NCBI RefSeq assembly: GCF_964204865.1
Contig: NC_135254.1
Coordinates: 8,866,001-8,930,000, forward strand
DNA length: 64,000 nt
Direction of reading: 5' to 3'
Source: Styela clava
Taxonomy: Eukaryota
Shown here: piece by piece, positions 37,436-51,525 of the stretch
Layout of the letters: each line of letters starts with the position of its first letter
Position numbering within the stretch: the first letter of the stretch is position 1
Program-made: the position numbers and the translations under genes
The notes under the pieces: model-generated
Told to the model about the DNA's origin: nothing
What the model saw: only the letters and a program-made list of their open reading frames with translations
Databases searched by the model: none

Positions 37436-40208
37436 GCAACAACACAAAAAAATATCGAAATTTTATACCAAGGGATGTTTCCCCGAGCATCGACTTTCTC
37501 ATTCATCGACAAATAAGTCAATCATCATTTTGCCTTCTTAGAAGTTGTAGTTAAATTGCACTAATCGAAAATTAGTCTAGAAATACCTGCGATAAAATAG
37601 GCTAAAATTCTCTACCGGTACCGGTGGAGTACTCGAGTTCTGTGCCGGACCTTTTGCTGCAATATATTTTCTAGTGAAAAAGCGCATACCAGCCACTTTT
37701 TGTCTCAAATGATCTAGATTTTATAATTGATGTGTGTTTACTCTGCTTATCTGATTCCATGAATAGTCTTTTTGGTATGTTTTCGGTATATAAAGACTAT
37801 CTGACTATACCGGTATATGCGCAAACACTACTGTAATGTATGGAATGTGTAGTTGGTGGTTACAGCAGATTTCATAGTGATGGATCTGTCTCGAAGGAGG
37901 AAACAAAGAGAAAACTATGAATACAATTTTCGCAAGTAACTTTTTCGGATTTCTCTCCATGGAACTAAAATAAGACCTCTAAGTTGAAGGATCGTTTCAC
38001 CCATAAAATTATGTTGGAATCCATGCAAACCTCCTACCCACATCCCAAAACAACAATACCTCACGCAGTTATTCAAATCAGTTTTTATTCATTTTTAACA
38101 TTTGATTACAAGTTTGCATCTCATATAATTCATTCATGCCAATAAATGTGTTGTCGCGAATCTCCATTAGTTGATCGATAACAGCTGGACTGTGTTGTTA
38201 ATAGCAGTGTGCACTGGAAAACAAAGTATACAAATTAAATTGATAGAACTGACATAAAAAAAGATCAGGATAATATCACCAGACAGTTTAGTAAAGTTCA
38301 ACATATAACAGTGTTTTGTTGCATGATAATGTGAAATGAATATAAAAAAAAAACTGAATCATTATTGGGATTCTACGTTTATCTGGTAGTAGACTATCAC
38401 TCTTTTGGTAAATGTACAAATTGGCAATTTGTATTTGGTTCATACAAAAGTGTGACTGGGACACTGGGTATCATCATGCTTTGACTAGATATTTTATCAA
38501 ACAGTCGATAAACGAAATAAAGTGGTAAATACTTACTTCAGGATCAGCTCTTCAAAGCCTTCTTACGGGCGGTCAGTACCGGTAGGCCTACTATCATTAC
38601 ATAAAACGCCGTGGCTTGATCCCCTCACATTCAGAACTTTTTATGCAATAGCATTTATGTTTGACAATACATTATTATTTCAATCTATATTGAACTACGC
38701 AATGAGAAACTGGATTTGAACGCCAAAAACAGAGGTTGAACACCTTACTCGCCAATGGCGAGGGAGCTAATTTCTGAAATGAGTTCTCACTACTAGCCTA
38801 CATCAGCACAGGCCGTTTCCGAACCTGGATCGATTTTCGTTAATACGGGTTTCAAAAATTCATAAGTAGAAAACTAAGTTCACTTTATGCAAGCGGTAAA
38901 CGTTAAAAATCTTAAAAAAATAAATAGAATCAAATTTTCCCACAAAAATGTTCGCGTGATAACCCACCTTTAAGTTTTGCAATGCCTCTAGATCAGTGGT
39001 TCCCAAACTGTGGGTCGCGTGAAGATTTTCCGGGGTCGCCTAATTTGTGTCAAACATTCGTACACAAGTGAATATAGGATTTGAATGGTCGGCTTGCGGC
39101 AGGTATCGTGAAAAAACTAATGTATTTTTCAGCAATAACTCGACATTCATTGTCCAATCGGCACCAAAATTGTTCAGTGAAACTTAACCTCTCTAGCTGG
39201 TCGGCAGGTACCGGTATTAGTAAATGTAATTGAGTGACAGTGTTACGAGCGTCAAAAATATTTTCCGTTTTGTAGCTTTTTTGATCATGTTACATCCGAA
39301 TGACTAGTTGACCTTCTGGTACGCGAATCGGATTTTTTGCCAGGCTGCGATAAATTATGTCGGTTTGTTATTGTGTACCAGTGTAGACACTTGGTTATCG
39401 AATATACGAAGCAAAGTTGCTTTATTTGGTGAATGGCCTTTAATTATGTGTTTGACAAGTATGCTATTGATTGCCTGACGGTGTCTTGGCCGGGTAATTA
39501 CACTTTAGGTTTCGATCAGTTGCGAAAGTAGTTTGTTAATTCGCGCACCTGTCTAAAATCTACGAGTAGGATAAAAGTGAATTTTCGTATTGCAATATCA
39601 CGTATTTAGACGTTTTTTACATAATTTCAAAGCGTTCCGAGCAGTCAAAAACGAAACCACAAATTTTAGCATAATATAAGGCACTCAAAAAATGTGATTC
39701 CGTAGACGTTTTTTCCTATTTTACTTTCAAATAAAAAATGGAGCAATCTGCAATATAGAATTAAAAATAATGAAGACACTGTTGGTATATACTAAATAAT
39801 ATTTTAGCTTTATGTATATTTAGAAGCATCTCACTATTTCCGAAGTATCGTACGCTTTCTTACAATCTACAACATTTTATTGATGCTTTTATGTATTGCC
39901 GGACTCGTTCATTATTTTTTTGGCTAATGTTCGCCGTAAACGTCCACTTGCTCTAGAATCTAGATGACACACTTACAGCCCTTGCCTCGCGATCAGCAGC
40001 TTACGATGGGCAATTCGGGATCTGACGAACCTGCTTCAACTGAGGTAATGACAGAGTGATACGACCATATGGTTTCAAAGTCCACTCCCACCTTAACCTG
40101 TTTTATGTGTAGCGTACCGACAGTCTTTGAAATAAATATCCATGTTCAAAATATCTTCTAATATGATCTGACGTCAAGTTTCTTCTCAATTTTCACTCTA
40201 CTTCGTGC

Positions 40209-40787
40209 CAGTGGCGGCGCGTCAATAGTGCCAACCGGGGCCATGCCCCGGTTGTTTTTTTGGTATAATAAAAATTATTCGAAAAGTACCTCAATATCGG
40301 TTGCACAGACTGTCTACACTAGCCATATTCTCCCGACATGGTTGATTTTTCGCTCACAAAGCCTTCGCCGAACGTCGACGGGGCGACGCCGATTTTGCCC
40401 CGGTTGCTCATTGTATATCGTATTCTCTCTTTTATCTTCCACTCGCCGCGTTTGTCTTCTGTTTCTTTTACTAAATCATCGGGGCTAGCCCCGAAATTAT
40501 GACGACACAATGCCGACGTTTCTTACAACAACGTGTTGACATATTCACGCATTCCTTCTCGTTCGTTGGTTGCTTGAAGAGTTGATAGTTTCCTCGCCTT
40601 CGTTTTTGTCGCTTGTTTCGCTATTTGAATCAGTTAGAGACCTTTAGTCCATTTGCTTTCGATTTTCCACATTCCTTTTGAGCTCCTCACTTCTTTCCGG
40701 CTTCGCATTTCTTAGCCTTAGACCTCATAATGAATAAGGTTGATGCACTACTTCGCACTCCGTTTTCGCAGCTGCCGCTGGAACAAA
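40209..40787 (+). mobile_element. 5'-only copy of the hAT element
   Basis: cttcgtgc|CAGTGGCGGCGCGT.., truncated after ATGAATAAG..CTGGAACAAA. Confidence 0.9.
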
Positions 40788-42810
40788 CTTACAACATAGA
40801 TAATAGCAGTGTGCACTGGAAAACAAAGTATACAAATTAAATTGATAGAACTGACATAAAAAAAGATCAGGATAATATCACCAGACAGTTTAGTAAAGTT
40901 CAACATATAACAGTGTTTTGTTGCATGATAATGTGAAATGAATATAAAAAAAAAACTGAATCATTATTGGGATTCTACGTTTATCTGGTAGTAGACTATC
41001 ACTCTTTTGGTAAATGTACAAATTGGCAATTTGTATTTGGTTCATACAAAAGTGTGACTGGGACACTGGGTATCATCATGCTTTGACTAGATATTTTATC
41101 AAACAGTCGATAAACGAAATAAAGTGGTAAATACTTACTTCAGGATCAGCTCTTCAAAGCCTTCTTACGGGCGGTCAGTACCGGTAGGCCTACGATCATT
41201 ACATAAAACGCCGTGGCTTGATCCCCTCACATTCAGAACTTTTTATGCAATAGCATTTATGTTTGACAATACATTATTATTTCAATCTATATTGAACTAC
41301 GCAATGAGAAACTGGATTTGAACGCCAAAAACAGAGGTTGAACACCTTACTCGCCAATGGCGAGGGAGCTAATTTCTGAAATGAGTTCTCACTACTAGCC
41401 TACATCAGCACAGGCCGTTTCCGAACCTGGATCGATTTTCGTTAATACGGGTTTCAAAAATTCATAAGTAGAAAACTAAGTTCACTTTATGCAAGCGGTA
41501 AACGTTAAAAATCTTAAAAAAATAAATAGAATCAAATTTTCCCACAAAAATGTTCGCGTGATAACCCACCTTTAAGTTTTGCAATGCCTCTAGATCAGTG
41601 GTTCCCAAACTGTGGGTCGCGTGAAGATTTTCCGGGGTCGCCTAATTTGTGTCAAACATTCGTACACAAGTGAATATAGGATTTGAATGGTCGGCTTGCG
41701 GCAGGTATCGTGAAAAAACTAATGTATTTTTCAGCAATAACTCGACATTCATTGTCCAATCGGCACCAAAATTGTTCAGTGAAACTTAACCTCTCTAGCT
41801 GGTCGGCAGGTACCGGTATTAGTAAATGTAATTGAGTGACAGTGTTACGAGCGTCAAAAATATTTTCCGTTTTGTAGCTTTTTTGATCATGTTACATCCG
41901 AATGACTAGTTGACCTTCTGGTACGCGAATCGGATTTTTTGCCAGGCTGCGATAAATTATGTCGGTTTGTTATTGTGTACCAGTGTAGACACTTGGTTAT
42001 CGAATATACGAAGCAAAGTTGCTTTATTTGGTGAATGGCCTTTAATTATGTGTTTGACAAGTATGCTATTGATTGCCTGACGGTGTCTTGGCCGGGTAAT
42101 TACACTTTAGGTTTCGATCAGTTGCGAAAGTAGTTTGTTAATTCGCGCACCTGTCTAAAATCTACGAGTAGGATAAAAGTGAATTTTCGTATTGCAATAT
42201 CACGTATTTAGACGTTTTTTACATAATTTCAAAGCGTTCCGAGCAGTCAAAAACGAAACCACAAATTTTAGCATAATATAAGGCACTCAAAAAATGTGAT
42301 TCCGTAGACGTTTTTTCCTATTTTACTTTCAAATAAAAAATGGAGCAATCTGCAATATAGAATTAAAAATAATGAAGACACTGTTGGTATATACTAAATA
42401 ATATTTTAGCTTTATGTATATTTAGAAGCATCTCACTATTTCCGAAGTATCGTACGCTTTCTTACAATCTACAACATTTTATTGATGCTTTTATGTATTG
42501 CCGGACTCGTTCATTATTTTTTTGGCTAATGTTCGCCGTAAACGTCCACTTGCTCTAGAATCTAGATGACACACTTACAGCCCTTGCCTCGCGATCAGCA
42601 GCTTACGATGGGCAATTCGGGATCTGACGAACCTGCTTCAACTGAGGTAATGACAGAGTGATACGACCATATGGTTTCAAAGTCCACTCCCACCTTAACC
42701 TGTTTTATGTGTAGCGTACCGACAGTCTTTGAAATAAATATCCATGTTCAAAATATCTTCTAATATGATCTGACGTCAAGTTTCTTCTCAATTTTCACTC
42801 TACTTCGTGC

Positions 42811-43389
42811 CAGTGGCGGCGCGTCAATAGTGCCAACCGGGGCTATGCCCCGGTTGTTTTTTTGGTATAATAAAAATTATTCGAAAAGTACCTCAATATC
42901 GGTTGCACAGACTGTCTACACTAGCCATATTCTCCCGACATGGTTGATTTTTCGCTCACAAAGCCTTCGCCGAACGTCGACGGGGCGACGCCGATTTTGC
43001 CCCGGTTGCTCATTGTATATCGTATTCTCTCTTTTATCTTCCACTCGCCGCGTTTGTCTTCTGTTTCTTTTACTAAATCATCGGGGCTAGCCCCGAAATT
43101 ATGACGACACAATGCCGACGTTTCTTACAACAACGTGTTGACATATTCACGCATTCCTTCTCGTTCGTTGGTTGCTTGAAGAGTTGATAGTTTCCTCGCC
43201 TTCGTTTTTGTCGCTTGTTTCGCTATTTGAATCAGTTAGAGACCTTTAGTCCATTTGCTTTCGATTTTCCACATTCCTTTTGAGCTCCTCACTTCTTTCC
43301 GGCTTCGCATTTCTTAGCCTTAGACCTCATAATGAATAAGGTTGATGCACTACTTCGCACTCCGTTTTCGCAGCTGCCGCTGGAACAAA
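42811..43389 (+). mobile_element. 5'-only copy of the hAT element
   Basis: Same as 40209-40787. Confidence 0.9.
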
Positions 43390-45413
43390 CTTACAACATA
43401 GATAATAGCAGTGTGCACTGGAAAACAAAGTATACAAATTAAATTGATAGAACTGACATAAAAAAAGATCAGGATAATATCACCAGACAGTTTAGTAAAG
43501 TTCAACATATAACAGTGTTTTGTTGCATGATAATGTGAAATGAATATAAAAAAAAAACTGAATCATTATTGGGATTCTACGTTTATCTGGTAGTAGACTA
43601 TCACTCTTTTGGTAAATGTACAAATTGGCAATTTGTATTTGGTTCATACAAAAGTGTGACTGGGACACTGGGTATCATCATGCTTTGACTAGATATTTTA
43701 TCAAACAGTCGATAAACGAAATAAAGTGGTAAATACTTACTTCAGGATCAGCTCTTCAAAGCCTTCTTACGGGCGGTCAGTACCGGTAGGCCTACGATCA
43801 TTACATAAAACGCCGTGGCTTGATCCCCTCACATTCAGAACTTTTTATGCAATAGCATTTATGTTTGACAATACATTATTATTTCAATCTATATTGAACT
43901 ACGCAATGAGAAACTGGATTTGAACGCCAAAAACAGAGGTTGAACACCTTACTCGCCAATGGCGAGGGAGCTAATTTCTGAAATGAGTTCTCACTACTAG
44001 CCTACATCAGCACAGGCCGTTTCCGAACCTGGATCGATTTTCGTTAATACGGGTTTCAAAAATTCATAAGTAGAAAACTAAGTTCACTTTATGCAAGCGG
44101 TAAACGTTAAAAATCTTAAAAAAATAAATAGAATCAAATTTTCCCACAAAAATGTTCGCGTGATAACCCACCTTTAAGTTTTGCAATGCCTCTAGATCAG
44201 TGGTTCCCAAACTGTGGGTCGCGTGAAGATTTTCCGGGGTCGCCTAATTTGTGTCAAACATTCGTACACAAGTGAATATAGGATTTGAATGGTCGGCTTG
44301 CGGCAGGTATCGTGAAAAAACTAATGTATTTTTCAGCAATAACTCGACATTCATTGTCCAATCGGCACCAAAATTGTTCAGTGAAACTTAACCTCTCTAG
44401 CTGGTCGGCAGGTACCGGTATTAGTAAATGTAATTGAGTGACAGTGTTACGAGCGTCAAAAATATTTTCCGTTTTGTAGCTTTTTTGATCATGTTACATC
44501 CGAATGACTAGTTGACCTTCTGGTACGCGAATCGGATTTTTTGCCAGGCTGCGATAAATTATGTCGGTTTGTTATTGTGTACCAGTGTAGACACTTGGTT
44601 ATCGAATATACGAAGCAAAGTTGCTTTATTTGGTGAATGGCCTTTAATTATGTGTTTGACAAGTATGCTATTGATTGCCTGACGGTGTCTTGGCCGGGTA
44701 ATTACACTTTAGGTTTCGATCAGTTGCGAAAGTAGTTTGTTAATTCGCGCACCTGTCTAAAATCTACGAGTAGGATAAAAGTGAATTTTCGTATTGCAAT
44801 ATCACGTATTTAGACGTTTTTTACATAATTTCAAAGCGTTCCGAGCAGTCAAAAACGAAACCACAAATTTTAGCATAATATAAGGCACTCAAAAAATGTG
44901 ATTCCGTAGACGTTTTTTCCTATTTTACTTTCAAATAAAAAATGGAGCAATCTGCAATATAGAATTAAAAATAATGAAGACACTGTTGGTATATACTAAA
45001 TAATATTTTAGCTTTATGTATATTTAGAAGCATCTCACTATTTCCAAAGTTTCGTACCCTTTCTTACAATCTACAACATTTTATTGATGCTTTTATGTAT
45101 TGCCGGACTCGTTCATTATTTTTTTTGGCTAATGTTCGCCGTAAACGTCCACTTGCTCTAGAATCTAGATGACACACTTACAGCCCTTGCCTCGCGATCA
45201 GCAGCTTACGATGGGCAATTCGGGATCTGACGAACCTGCTTCAACTGAGGTAATGACAGAGTGATACGACCATATGGTTTCAAAGTCCACTCCCACCTTA
45301 ACCTGTTTTATGTGTAGCGTACCGACAGTCTTTGAAATAAATATCCATGTTCAAAATATCTTCTAATATGATCTGACGTCAAGTTTCTTCTCAATTTTCA
45401 CTCTACTTCGTGC

Positions 45414-48250
45414 CAGTGGCGGCGCGTCAATAGTGCCAACCGGGGCCATGACCCGGTTGTTTTTTTGGTATAATAAAAATTATTCGAAAAGTACCTCAAT
45501 ATCGGTTGCACAGACTGTCTACACTAGCCATATTCTCCCGACATGGTTCATTTTTCGCTCACAAAGCCTTCGCCGAACGTCGACGGGGCGACGCCGATTT
45601 TGCCCCGGTTGCTCATTGTATATCGTATTCTCTCTTTTATCTTCCACTCGCCGCGTTTGTCTTCTGTTTCTTTTACTAAATCATCGGGGCTAGCCCCGAA
45701 ATTATGACGACACAATGCCGACGTTTCTTACAACAACGTGTTGACATATTCACGCATTCCTTCTCGTTCGTTGGTTGCTTGAAGAGTTGATAGTTTCCTC
45801 GCCTTCGTTTTTGTCGCTTGTTTCGCTATTTGAATCAGTTAGAGACCTTTAGTCCATTTGCTTTCGATTTTCCACATTCCTTTTGAGCTCCTCACTTCTT
45901 TCCGGCTTCGCATTTCTTAGCCTTAGACCTCATAATGAATAAGGTTGATGCACTACTTCGCACTCCGTTTTCGCAGCTGCCGCTGGAACAAAAATTAGAG
46001 GTACAACGTCTTGGGCCTTATCAACCAAAAAATTGTTCACTGGAACAATTCCATGACGGAGGAAAGCGTCGGCGTACATTCTGCGCAGAAACTTGGTATA
46101 AAAAACACGAATGGTTGTGTTACAGCGAGGACAAAAATGCACTTTTTTGTTTTTATTGCCTACTTTTTGCTACCGCCCGTGACTCACGTTGGTGTAAATT
46201 TGGTTTTAGAGATCTTAAACATCTTTCCGAGCGTGCCAGGGATCATCAATCTTCTATGGAGCATCTGAACAATGCAGTAAAATATCGAACATTCGGAAAT
46301 GTTAATATTGCAGCACAGTTGGATGAAGGACGCGCGGTTTCTATTCGTCGGCACAACCAAAACGTCGAGAAAAACCGCCATGTTCTCGGTCGATTGATAG
46401 ATGTTTTGAAGTTCATTGGTTGTCACGTCACGAGCTGTCCCTCCGTGGGCACGATGAACGGGCTGGCTCTTCTAATAGAGGGGTATTTTTGGATATGGTG
46501 GAATACACCGCGTCCCTATTTACAGTATTGAGAGATCATCTTGATGCCGCAACTGTTTCGAAAGGGACATCTAAGGATATCCAAAATGATTTGCTCGACT
46601 CAATGTATAAAATTTATTTACAACATTTGGCTCTGGAAATTGACGGCTCAAAGGCTCTTGGCTCAAACTTATGACGGCGCGGCAGTCGTGAGTGGGTCGA
46701 AACATGGTGTTCAAGTTTATATAAAAGAAGATTTTCCTCATGCGCATTTTTACATTGTTATGCACACCAATTTAACCTCGTTATTAAAAATATGTGTCTT
46801 GATACCCCTCTCGTCCGTATATTTTTTGCAAATGTTTCGGGGTTTTCTACAATTTTTTCCGTTTCGCCGAAGCACTCTGACCTCCTTCGCCAGATATGTA
46901 GCCGCCGTCTCCCAGCTTGTGCACCAACACGTTGGAACTTCCAATCACGCGTGGTGCAGGGCGTGTCCGAAATTAGGTCTGAGCTCATTGAGTGTTTCAA
47001 TGGCATTCAGAGCTCTCCGGTTTGGGACGAACGCTCTGTGAGGGAGGCGGCAGGTCTAAAGCGTCTGCTAGAAGATGGTGAGTTTTCATTTTTTCTCGCT
47101 TTTTTCTCCACAATATTCTATCACGTGGATGTATTATATGGCGCATTGCAGTCAAGGCTAATGGATGGAGCGTCTGTGCAGTCGTGTATTTCAGACTTCT
47201 GCGATGCTGTATCTCGTTTTCGGGAAACAATAAAATACGACGACACATGGGGTGCTTCGTTTACGCCGCGGGCAAACAACGCAGCGTTTGATTTTGTCTG
47301 CAAAGGAATGCTGTGACATTCTGGTGAAGCAAATAGGCGATCGTCTGCGCACTGAACACCTTGCCGCGTTCTCTTTGATGAACCCCAAAAATTTTTCAAA
47401 ATTTGCACGTCAATTTCCCATCCATTTGTTGGCTACTGTCTCCAAATTTTACCCCATGATAAACGTGGGTAAATTGGAAAATGAATTGCGATGTATATAC
47501 ACCAATCAAACTTTTTTGAACATCACATCAACTTGCGCGCTCTATGGGTTCCTCATAGATACCACTCTAGTAACTACCTTTGCGGCGTCTGCAAAATTTC
47601 TGGACATCATTTTGACGACGCCTACTTCTTCCGCCGACGCAGAGCGAACATTCAGCACGCTGAAGCGTATTAAAACGTATCTCAGAAACACAATGAAGCA
47701 AGATAGATTAAATTCCTTGGCTGTTTTATCCATTCACAGAGACGTTATTTCTGGGATGCATGACTTTAATCAGCGCGTTATTGTGCATTTTGCTTCCAAG
47801 AAACCGCGGCGTGTTGCATATATGCTCAAGCAGTAGAAGTATAGCAGCATATATATCTATGAGTGAGCGACGCATGTCCTTATCTTTGCATTACCGTTCC
47901 TTTCTTCATAGTAACGTTTTAAACCTTATTTTAGGTTTTGTCTGCTTTCCCGAAGTTTCTGTTAATATGTCATTGTATTTATCTGGGTAAATATTGCCTT
48001 TCCTTTTGAAAGAGGTTTCAAAATAAACTATGTCTATATTTATTAATCCCTTGACTTGGACCGGTTTTAAAGACACTTTCTTATCGTTAAAAATTGTCGC
48101 TTTTGCCGAGTGGTTGTTACCGATGGAATGGTTTTTATACTCATAAAATGATGGGAGAACTTACAGCGCTCATCCTGTCCCCGTAGATGGGGGTGACTTG
48201 GTCCCGCAGTAGCTTGCCCCGGTTGTCAAAATGACCACGCGCCGCCACTG
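45414..48250 (+). mobile_element. hAT DNA transposon, 2,837 bp, TIR CAGTGGCGGCGCGT, 8-bp TSD CTTCGTGC
   Basis: TSD at 45406-45413 and 48251-48258. Right end is ACGCGCCGCCACTG. Contains a transposase pseudogene. Confidence 0.95.
45935..47836 (+). pseudogene. hAT transposase (ZMYM1/PRKRIR-like: TTF zinc finger, DUF4371, hATC dimerisation), frameshifted
   Basis: Motifs WYKKHEWLCYSEDKNALFCFYCLLF, LRGHDE..SNRGVFL, YDGAAVVSG, HCYAH, PTRWN and TSSADAERTFSTLKRIKTYLRNTMKQDRLNSLAVLSIH are split over at least 4 frames. There is a GTCAC duplication at 46422-46431 and a deletion near 46645. Confidence 0.9.
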
Positions 48251-50552
48251 CTTCGTGCTATTTTACGTCATTTATTTACAACTCGAACAGTGAACGATCC
48301 AAAACAACCAAACACTCCCAAAGGAACGAAAAGCATAAAATAACAGATACCAGGCAGTAAAATACAAGAAAGACCATATACACAATGAAAACACTGACGA
48401 ACCCCGAAATGTAAAACAACTCTCAATAAAAGCCAAATGACCCCCAGAATCTGGTACAATAAATTAGCTACTACAATTTGCAAAACAGGCCGAAAATAAC
48501 TTATGACAGGCATTTTAAAAGACGATAAACAATTTTATATGTGGACAACATTTGAACAGTACTGAAAAGGGCTAATTCCCTGACAACAACCAAAAATGCA
48601 ACGGTAAATGAACTGCAATTGTACTGCACTCAAACAATAATATCATCCTACTGTGTAGCATGAAAATATCTAAAAAAATCCCCATCCCGCAATCACACAA
48701 CCACAAACAACATCTCTGATAACCCAACGGAGACCAGAGGCACTCACGACCAGAATCCAACTGTAAAACACACACGATTGCAACCTGCCCAAAGTGACTA
48801 TAACACTTATGCATCTTTTCCGTAAAACGTGCAGCTATTGGAAGTGGGACAACTAAGGAACATTTTAAAATCATTTTCATGTAGTTACCTTATGTGCGCT
48901 ACGAAACTGAAAGATAAACAGCCTCGTCTTGCGGCCTAATTGCTTTTGTCCCAATCCTGGCGTGTTCGCCATTGTCACAGTTTAGGTTTTGCTGCTGTGT
49001 TTAAATAAATCAGAAGACTAAACATTCCGGATTGGTTGTTTATTGTACGGCACACTTATAACAGCAAACACAACTCAAAAGCAGCCGACGACCAGCCTTT
49101 CTCGACGAGAAGAGACCGGAAAAATACTATTCTATCTCGCACCTTGTGCGTGCATGTAGTCCAGACCTGACTAAAACTGCCTAAATCATGGGCCTGGAAA
49201 ATAGTCAAATGGTTCAGAGAAATATAAAAAGATATTAACACAAACACGGACATATTCAACTTCGAATGAAATATTCAATTGTTTATTATTAGTTTATATC
49301 TTGATATTCTAGAGGGCGTTATTAACATAAGTAAAAAATCATATTGATCGCGAGATGTCGCAAAATATTCGAGAACAATTGAAAATTGAAACCGGAACGT
49401 CGATTACTATTCGCTCGCCTTGCGCCGCACATTTAGATATGATAATACGAATATATTTTGTTTGATTGAATTAATATCGGTTAAATATACACACTGTTCT
49501 AGAACAGTTTTCTCTAAATCTCAAATTAAAGGCGTCGAATGTTGGAAATGTCATTCCAATAAATTTATTACAAATCAGATACAGTAAAGTGTCGTTATAA
49601 ATTCCAAAGCAAATTTGCGCTAAGAAGTTTCATATACCGGTAGTGTTGAACCAACGCTGCCGGAAGACACAATTTGGTAAAATACTTAAATTCCAGAAAT
49701 GATCCATATTTCAAATAACTGCAGTCATATGCATGAGAAAATTTGACCGAATAGCCTGCTCATTAATGGCGTGTGATATTTGAATTTTTCAATATTATTC
49801 GAAACTTGGTACCGTATCAATCAATATTGGCTGTTAGCGGTAACATCAATTGGTGACTTTTTATCGAAAATTGAAACATATTAGTGACAGCGATTTATAA
49901 GGACTCGTTAGGTATCCCGTCAGTTAGTTCAATCAACAGCACAAATCATATCTGAAAGTTTGAGCGTCTATGCTTGTTGATAATCCATTTGACAATGCAT
50001 ATGCAATGAAACCATTTATCAATTTTAAGCTCAGTGAAGAGGGCTCAAAATTTTAATATTAATGCAAAAAGGCTGAACTGAAAAAAGGCTTTTGTCCAAA
50101 CGACTAAAGAATTGCAAATAAAATTTATATACAGGTACCGTAGTTAGCTGAAATAATGCGGATTTTATTTGGTTCTACAATTTATAAAATTTTGTGTAAT
50201 GCAGCCAGCTCTATTAGTATGATAAAACTATTACTGTATTAGAGTGCAGTATATTTTTGAATTCCTCATGTGGTTGGGTTTTCCTTAAATGAAGTCTTAA
50301 TGTGAAAGTAATTTGTTTTGAGCTCAGCCATGGCAGCATGGTACAAGACAAAACACATTAGATGGAAATTCAGAGAAGTGCCGGCAAATAGAATTACAAA
50401 ACACCTAATTATAAATCAATTCCTAAACTTGTTTCCAGTCTACAACCTTCTTTTGGTCCTAGCCTACTTCGGTATAGACTCCTTCACCCTTCCCTTTAAT
50501 ATTTAACCGTGATTGATGTCGTTTCACTTATCATATTATTGTTTCACAGGAA

Positions 50553-51443
50553 ATGCATGTGATAGAAGATAATCTTTGTTTAGGGAGCATAAAGGATACA
50601 AATGAAGTTGACAACTTACAAAAGGAGGGAATTGGGTACATTTTGACATTGGATATTAAACCTCTGGCCTCCAACTTGACTGGTCATTTTTGCACAAAAT
50701 TTGTGCCTTTGGAAGACATTGAAGCTGCCGATATTTTGGGAAAACTTCCAGAGTGCTTAAGCTTTTGTGATAATGCAGTCAAAAATGGCAAACTTTTGGT
50801 ACATTGCCATGCGGGCGTGTCAAGAAGTGTATGTATTGTTACTGCCTATTTAATGAAAAAGTATTCAATAACTTTAATGGAAGCTGAAGAAAGAGTACGG
50901 GCAGTGAAAGGGGATATACAAATGAATGCTGGATTTGTTCACCAACTACTCCTTTTTGAAACTATGAAATGGAAGGTGGATGAGGATCACCCAGTTTATA
51001 AAAAGCACAAGTTCAAAATGTTAAAACATGAAATTGAGAACGAGGGTCACCAACAGTTATCTTCTTCTTTCATAGCTGACAACCCTATGATGTCTAGCAA
51101 CAAGAGCGGATCAAATAGCTGTGTCTACAAGTGCAAAAAATGCCGAAAACCGGTATTTGAACAAAGAAATATATATCCTCATGAAATTGATAGCTCAAAA
51201 GCATTTCATGCCAAACTTTCTGAAATAAACACTGTCATGAAATGCAGCTCATATTTTCTTGAACCCATCAAATGGATGGAAAAAAATATAACTTCAAATT
51301 TAAATGGCAGACTTGATTGTCCCTATTGCTCTTTTCGAATTGGAAGATTTAACTGGGCAGGAACTCAATGTTCATGTGGACGTTGGGTTACCCCAGCTTT
51401 ACAAATACATGCTAGCAATGTGGATAAAACTGCAATAAATTAA
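50553..51443 (+). CDS. DUSP12: Dual specificity phosphatase 12 (YVH1 orthologue), 296 aa, single coding exon
   Basis: Catalytic loop VHCHAGVSRS. C-terminal Zn-binding domain YKCKKCR..H..C..CPYC..GRFNWAGTQCSCGRWVTPALQIH. Acceptor tttcacag lies 3 nt before the ATG. Confidence 0.93.
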   Translation: MHVIEDNLCLGSIKDTNEVDNLQKEGIGYILTLDIKPLASNLTGHFCTKFVPLEDIEAADILGKLPECLSFCDNAVKNGKLLVHCHAGVSRSVCIVTAYLMKKYSITLMEAEERVRAVKGDIQMNAGFVHQLLLFETMKWKVDEDHPVYKKHKFKMLKHEIENEGHQQLSSSFIADNPMMSSNKSGSNSCVYKCKKCRKPVFEQRNIYPHEIDSSKAFHAKLSEINTVMKCSSYFLEPIKWMEKNITSNLNGRLDCPYCSFRIGRFNWAGTQCSCGRWVTPALQIHASNVDKTAIN

Positions 51444-51525
51444 AAACAAAATTTACCTGGATTGTTCAGTTTGATAATAAGGAGCTACATTCATTTGGAG
51501 GAGCCTTTATGGTTCAAAATGTACT

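Larger units (their letters stand above)
38199..45992 (+). repeat. Near-identical tandem triplication, period 2,602 bp (units start 38199, 40801, 43403)
   Basis: Repeated ORFs at 38522/41124/43726 and 40228/42830/45433. Each unit is ~2,010 bp of flank plus the first 579 bp of the hAT element. Junction filler is cttacaacataga. Confidence 0.95.

Noticed and set aside
38522-45693. Thrice-repeated 65-aa and 86-aa ORFs as a gene family
   Set aside because: They start at GTG, have no recognisable domain, and repeat only because of the recent triplication. The 86-aa ORF lies in the hAT 5' non-coding region.
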